Shown here piece after piece: positions 58,925 to 64,000 of a stretch of DNA of 64,000 nt. The notes below the pieces were generated by a model, which worked only from the letters and a program-made list of their open reading frames with translations, did no database searches and was not told the DNA's origin. Made by a program: the position numbers and the translations under genes. The DNA is from Bacteroidales bacterium (GTDB taxonomy: Bacteria; Bacteroidota; Bacteroidia; Bacteroidales; UBA932): positions 7,661-71,660 of the forward strand of contig CAXXPC010000033.1 in the NCBI GenBank assembly GCA_963678025.2. The letters run 5' to 3'. Each line of letters begins with the position of its first letter. The first letter of the stretch is position 1.

Positions 58925-61900
58925 TTACATTTTAAATTTCACATTGACTTGCAGTATAATTCCGGAGCGAGAGAATATCTCATTACTAATGCTTTCAGGA
59001 ATCTCCAATCCTTCAATGATTTTTGTACTTCCATTTTTATAGTGGACCTCTATGAGGTTTTTATTTCCTTTCTGGACAATTAAAGGTAACTGACATTTTG
59101 TGAGAAAGATACTATTTTCGGATAATTCAAACTCTTTAATCTCAGAAGCTACATTATAGTAGTATACTCTTTTGTTACTTTTAAGAAACTCTTGCTCATC
59201 AATAAAATCAGGATGAAAATGGATTTTACCGTCGCTTACAACAATTCCAAGTTCAAAAAATCTGGACAGAATATCTTCTTTTACTTGCCCGGTCATACCA
59301 GGTTGTTGCGCTCCTCTATGATATGGTGTATGTGAATATGGATCTACCGGAAATGCTCCATATAATTCAGGGGATTTATTCAATCCAATTCCCTCTTTAA
59401 TTTCTTTATACTCATCATATAGTTGGTGTGCCTCCGATAAATTGTTGTTCTTAAGAGCACTGACGGCACTCTCAATTACAGCCAGTGCCAATTTGGAAAC
59501 CATATGCCAATAGATGGAGCCAAGGCCTTCATAACCAAAAAAAGTACCACTTCTTCCCATGAAATACTTATGAGAGAAGACTTGCTCGTAAATATTTAAT
59601 ATTAAGTTTTCTTCTTTAATTAGGAGTTGATGGTATTGAATATCTAAATGATTTAAGTGATATTTTAATATTGAAGCATTTCTTAAATCTCCTTTAAAGT
59701 GGTATTGACCATTAATATCCATATCAATGATTGGATTATTGTCGGATTTTAACAGTTGTATAAGTAATTCAGATTTTTCAACCAATTCTTTTGGAATGAT
59801 ATTACGCTCTAAAAAACCTTTTAAATCTTTATTTGGATATAATATATAGCTATTCTGATCTTCTCTGTATAGAGATGAATTTTTAAGGGCATTCAGAACA
59901 TTTAGTGATTCTTTATTATCCAATAACCCAGAGCTGAGGATTGCTACCTGTCCTTCTAACATTGGCTCCAGAGAGGTGGATTCAATGCTATGCCGGTGAA
60001 CAGAAATAAGGTTGTATGAGTTGTAGAGCCCATCCTTTCTCATATTTGATCTTAGTGAGTGGTCGATATACAAAATGGAGTCCTTGATAAATTTAGATAA
60101 GTCTTTTTTGTATATGAATTTCTTGTCACCACAAAACCCTTTTTTGTAAATAGCTTCTCTGTAGTCTGATGCTGCTCTGCCTAATATATCCAGTAATCTC
60201 TTTTTATCGTTTGCCGATACCCTGCCATCAAGAATAGATTTATTATCAGACAAAGAATTTAATACTGTTGTAAAATAATGGTGAAGTTCTTTGGATATTT
60301 TAAATTCAACTTCTGATGTTTTTGTTATTATTTGATCTGTAAATATCAGATATCTTCTTAAATAAGAAAGAGTTACTATTGATGTGCCATTGCCAACAAG
60401 GGCGTTGTTTGCATCGTTCCATTCAGGCCTTTGAGTATTTAGCCAGATGCCCTCATCCACAATAAAATTAGAGATCTTGGATAGCACAGATGCCAGAATC
60501 TTTTCAATAAAAGAGACATAGACGATTTGACCATTATCATAATGGAGCAGGGTACTATCTGAGCCAGCACTCTCTTTATTCTCTCTAATTGTTTTATCTA
60601 AATCATGATCAAATATTATGGTATCTTTTGGGTCATTTAAAATTAAATCATAAGATTTGATTTTGTATGGAACGTTTGCATAGACGAATATCTCTTTATT
60701 AAGTAATTCTTCTAAAGAGCCAGGAAAGTAACTTTCACTCAGCTCAAGGAGTTTTAATAAATATACTATCTGATGATCTCCCCAATATCCTATGTATGAC
60801 CATGGATCATCTTTATCTATTGTTTCCCAGTCAAATCCATATTTATTAAGCCTGTATGGATTATAGCCGTCAAATGTGGATGCGTTGAGAAACCTTAAAA
60901 TCATTCCTGTGATAAAGTAGGGGTAGGAGTGAGCCAGAGCTTCCCAGTTTTGGAAAATATCTCTCCAATTTCCTTCATAGTCTAAGACTTTGGATCCGTC
61001 AATATCAGAAACGGTATTAATATTAAACCTATTCCAGGGTCTGGAGGGATCGCCATGTCTTCTACTGAATTTTAATGGGAGATACTCCAAGGACAATCTA
61101 ATAAAATCACTATTATTAGAGGCTTTTGATGATTTCAAGAGATCAAAGAGAGTTAATTTTTCGGGTAAATCTTTTAATGAATCTTTCTCCTTGGTGTATA
61201 TATCAATGTTGGTTTTTCTAAGGTATTGCTTAAAGTCTTCTTTGTCAATAGTGTAGTTGTTGTCAAAGATGCCTCCTCTCATAATATTGAAAACAGTATT
61301 TGAGAAGTGTCTGGTACTATTTAAAAAGGATTCAGAATATTGTATACCATCGGAAGCGGCAACAATCTGTGTGAGATTGTCATTCCCTTTCTTTATATCT
61401 GCCTCTATATTTGTAATTATGTCTGTACTACATATTTCATTAATAAGATTAATTACAGATGATTGGGACTGATTTACATTGGCTGCAAATAACCACTCTT
61501 TTGTTCGTGAATCAAGAGAAAAAGATTTTTCAAATATAAAGTATGCTCCTCTCTCCCCTTTGATGTCATTTTCTTGATAAGGGTTTTTACCCTCTCTAAA
61601 AGAGGAGAGCTGCAAAGATGATAACAGAATAGTGGGGGATTGAAGTCCTAAAGAGAATATAGTATTAGCTTTGAGTGCTTCGCTAGGCTCTGCTCTATCA
61701 ATAATAATTGAGCTTAGTGCAAAAATACCTAATTTTGATTTAATATGTAATTCACTTCTTTTGTAGGCATCGGCCAAATTGCTTGCTCTAAGTTGCATTT
61801 CGCTTTCTATGCCATAAGGAAGTACATTCTGGAATCCATCGATTATTGATAATGTTTGTCTGTGTGAGGATAGGTTTTTTAGATTTGTTTTTTTTATAAA

Positions 61901-62320
61901 ACCATATTTATCACTTGTACTCCATTCATAAGTAAAAGAGAGGGAGAGGTCGTGGTTAATCTCTTCAAAGATTATCTTATTTCCATGAGCACTTTTATAG
62001 AGGTTTCTGGTGAATGAGTATACGGTTTCACTGCGTACAGAAAATGGCTCCCATATTTTAAAACCTTGGTTTGTCTCTACTCTGATTATTGTTTTGACCC
62101 CTGTGTTTTCGGCTGATTCAATAATTTTGTCATCTGTATAATAAGGAAAGAGAGAGTACTCAGTATTTTTTCTGCCGGCAGTAACACCTCCGTTGCTTGA
62201 AATAAAGAGCCAATGATTTCCGGGACTAACAATAGTCATAAAAAATGGACGCAGATTTTCTACTTGAGAGATTATAAAAAACTGCTCTCCATTGATAGTT
62301 GTTTTTTTTAATTCTTTCAT
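58925..62320 (-). CDS. Probable beta-1,3-glucan phosphorylase (GH149)
   Basis: 1131 aa; FSRRHGDPSRPWN, YEGNWRDIFQNWEAL, NTQRPEWNDANNAL, GSIYWHMVSKL and QQPGMTGQVKE; GH16/GH17/GH30 context. Confidence 0.85.
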   Translation of the reverse strand: MKELKKTTINGEQFFIISQVENLRPFFMTIVSPGNHWLFISSNGGVTAGRKNTEYSLFPYYTDDKIIESAENTGVKTIIRVETNQGFKIWEPFSVRSETVYSFTRNLYKSAHGNKIIFEEINHDLSLSFTYEWSTSDKYGFIKKTNLKNLSSHRQTLSIIDGFQNVLPYGIESEMQLRASNLADAYKRSELHIKSKLGIFALSSIIIDRAEPSEALKANTIFSLGLQSPTILLSSLQLSSFREGKNPYQENDIKGERGAYFIFEKSFSLDSRTKEWLFAANVNQSQSSVINLINEICSTDIITNIEADIKKGNDNLTQIVAASDGIQYSESFLNSTRHFSNTVFNIMRGGIFDNNYTIDKEDFKQYLRKTNIDIYTKEKDSLKDLPEKLTLFDLLKSSKASNNSDFIRLSLEYLPLKFSRRHGDPSRPWNRFNINTVSDIDGSKVLDYEGNWRDIFQNWEALAHSYPYFITGMILRFLNASTFDGYNPYRLNKYGFDWETIDKDDPWSYIGYWGDHQIVYLLKLLELSESYFPGSLEELLNKEIFVYANVPYKIKSYDLILNDPKDTIIFDHDLDKTIRENKESAGSDSTLLHYDNGQIVYVSFIEKILASVLSKISNFIVDEGIWLNTQRPEWNDANNALVGNGTSIVTLSYLRRYLIFTDQIITKTSEVEFKISKELHHYFTTVLNSLSDNKSILDGRVSANDKKRLLDILGRAASDYREAIYKKGFCGDKKFIYKKDLSKFIKDSILYIDHSLRSNMRKDGLYNSYNLISVHRHSIESTSLEPMLEGQVAILSSGLLDNKESLNVLNALKNSSLYREDQNSYILYPNKDLKGFLERNIIPKELVEKSELLIQLLKSDNNPIIDMDINGQYHFKGDLRNASILKYHLNHLDIQYHQLLIKEENLILNIYEQVFSHKYFMGRSGTFFGYEGLGSIYWHMVSKLALAVIESAVSALKNNNLSEAHQLYDEYKEIKEGIGLNKSPELYGAFPVDPYSHTPYHRGAQQPGMTGQVKEDILSRFFELGIVVSDGKIHFHPDFIDEQEFLKSNKRVYYYNVASEIKEFELSENSIFLTKCQLPLIVQKGNKNLIEVHYKNGSTKIIEGLEIPESISNEIFSRSGIILQVNVKFKM

Positions 62321-62354
62321 ATTATTATTTTTATTTCTGCGTCCATTTTTTTGA

Positions 62355-63188
62355 TTATTTTGTTTTATAGACTCTTATATAGTCTATAAGCATTTTTTGA
62401 GGAAATTGAGTGTCAGTAGTTGGAAATCCGACAAAGTTTCCTCCGACTGCTATATTAAATATTATGAAGAATGGTTTATCGTAAACCCAAGTATGTGGTA
62501 TGTCTTCTCTTGTAACTCGGTTATATAGATAGTTGTCTACAAAAAAATCTATTTTGTCTTTATCCCATTCAATTGCAAATTGGTGGAAATTCATGTCGAA
62601 TCTGGAGTCTTTTAAACCGAATGCTTTTGTTATTGCATTTCCGGCAGAGTATCCGGGACCATGTAAACTTCCATGAATAATATGTGGCTGATTTCCCCGT
62701 AGCTCCATGATGTCAATTTCTCCACAATTAGGCCATCCTACGCTTTCTATATCAGCTCCTAACATCCAAAAGGCCGGCCATATGCCGGGACCGAAAGGTA
62801 GTTTGATTCTTGCCTCTATTTTGCCATAGGTTTGCGTAAAAAGATCTTGTGTTTTAATTCTTGCTGAGGTAAAAGAGTATCCTTGATAATTCTCTCTTAT
62901 AGATGTTATCTGTAAATTTCCGTTACCATCAAGTGATATATTCTGTGCTCTGTTGGTGTAGTATTGTAGCTCTTGATTTCCCCAACCATTCTCTCCATTA
63001 CCAATATCGTAACTCCATTTTGATGGATCCGGCAGTGTGCCCTCTTCTCCTGTGAATTCGTCACTCCATACTAATTCCCAATCTCTGTCCGGTAATGATT
63101 GTAATGCTTCTTTTTCACAATTAGTGAAAGAGATAGCAATTAAAATGAACAGAGATATTTTAATGTGTTTTTTATATAAAGTATTCAT
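62355..63188 (-). CDS. GH16 endo-beta-1,3-glucanase (laminarinase), lipoprotein
   Basis: LVWSDEF, GWGNQELQYY, GIWPAFWML and catalytic GEIDIME. Confidence 0.95.
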   Translation of the reverse strand: MNTLYKKHIKISLFILIAISFTNCEKEALQSLPDRDWELVWSDEFTGEEGTLPDPSKWSYDIGNGENGWGNQELQYYTNRAQNISLDGNGNLQITSIRENYQGYSFTSARIKTQDLFTQTYGKIEARIKLPFGPGIWPAFWMLGADIESVGWPNCGEIDIMELRGNQPHIIHGSLHGPGYSAGNAITKAFGLKDSRFDMNFHQFAIEWDKDKIDFFVDNYLYNRVTREDIPHTWVYDKPFFIIFNIAVGGNFVGFPTTDTQFPQKMLIDYIRVYKTK

Positions 63189-63199
63189 GATATTATATT

Positions 63200-64000
63200 C
63201 TATTTTCGGAAGTAAATATTATCAAAGTATATATCACCGTTACCATCTATCTTAAACTGAAAGATGTTGTGGAGGTCTACAGAAGAGAATTGAGATAGTG
63301 GAATATCAATACTCTTCCATCCATTTGTGCTTTCTCCGATTCCGGAGGGGACAGCAAGTGAGTAGTGTTTCTCTACTGGTCCCGGACTTATAAGAAAGAA
63401 GTTCAAAGCGGTGGAGTTTGCCGTATAATAATCTATATGAAGATATGAATATTCGGAAACATTTATGTTAGAGCTAAGCTGTGTCCCCTGGTAATTTAAA
63501 TTGCTATACCTGAGTGTGTTTTCACCATTAATTGAAATTTGAGACACTTGAGTTGTTTGTCCCCAGTATGGATTAAAATCTGTTCCGGGAATATTTTCGT
63601 ATGAATCACTGAATATTGAGAGGACAGACGATGGTGAGTGAGTAGGTGTAGGGGCAGCTGTTTCCGGCGTTAATGGGATTATGCTGCCATCATTGTAGAA
63701 GTAGATATTATCTGCATAGAAATTAGGTATATTGGTGCCAACAAAAACAATTTGAGCAAGATTGGCCCTGGACTGAAGATTTGTCATTGATGAGAATGGA
63801 AGGTCAATACTAATCCATTCATTGCTTTTTAATATAGATGGGTCTATTATATTATCTTGGGTTGAATCATCTTCACCCCCAAATTCTCCGTTACTGCCAA
63901 GATCAATAACTTGAATATTTAAGGTAGAGCCTGGGTCGATTGTGTTGGGAATAAAGATGTCTAAATGTAAATGGGAGGTCATGGTGGCGTCTACTGTTGG
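63200..64000 (-). CDS. Surface glycan-binding-like protein, 5' end outside the window
   Basis: Frame open to the window edge; two similar modules (HLD/HID...W.SIDLP/IP...Y.DNIYF) joined by a PETAAPTP linker. Confidence 0.65.
   Translation of the reverse strand, partial: PTVDATMTSHLHLDIFIPNTIDPGSTLNIQVIDLGSNGEFGGEDDSTQDNIIDPSILKSNEWISIDLPFSSMTNLQSRANLAQIVFVGTNIPNFYADNIYFYNDGSIIPLTPETAAPTPTHSPSSVLSIFSDSYENIPGTDFNPYWGQTTQVSQISINGENTLRYSNLNYQGTQLSSNINVSEYSYLHIDYYTANSTALNFFLISPGPVEKHYSLAVPSGIGESTNGWKSIDIPLSQFSSVDLHNIFQFKIDGNGDIYFDNIYFRK

Overview
A 64-kb stretch of a Bacteroidales chromosome, judged from TAnnTTTG promoters, UpxY, DUF4290-murA-ftsK-lolA synteny and nqrA-F. It looks like a long-read assembly with clusters of 1-bp indels. 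Housekeeping and metabolic genes include pyrE, murA, ftsK, rplU/rpmA, nqrABCDEF, a UvrD/PcrA helicase, fabI, a probable PPi-dependent PEP carboxykinase and catalase. Accessory blocks are an arsR-arsC-arsF-arsG-arsE-arsP operon and the distal part of an AT-rich beta-1,3-glucan locus (GH16, GH149, two GH17, GH30, MFS). Four features stand out. (1) A REP-associated tyrosine transposase (RAYT, 18164-19048) is flanked by 130-260-bp imperfect palindromes. The same repeat ends recur 30 kb away at nearly every junction of the ars operon, where they abut or supply start and stop codons. Two further dispersed repeat families are also present. (2) Two tandem ~105-nt putative small RNAs each have a sigma54-type promoter, a conserved hairpin and their own terminator (28470-28887). 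(3) A frameshift-broken ~1075-aa single-chain fusion has the domain order of the PdhA-F-X-B proline dehydrogenase complex. (4) An upxY antiterminator gene sits ahead of cell-wall/division genes rather than a polysaccharide operon. No tRNA, rRNA or CRISPR array was recognised. All assignments come from motif recognition by eye; no searches were run.
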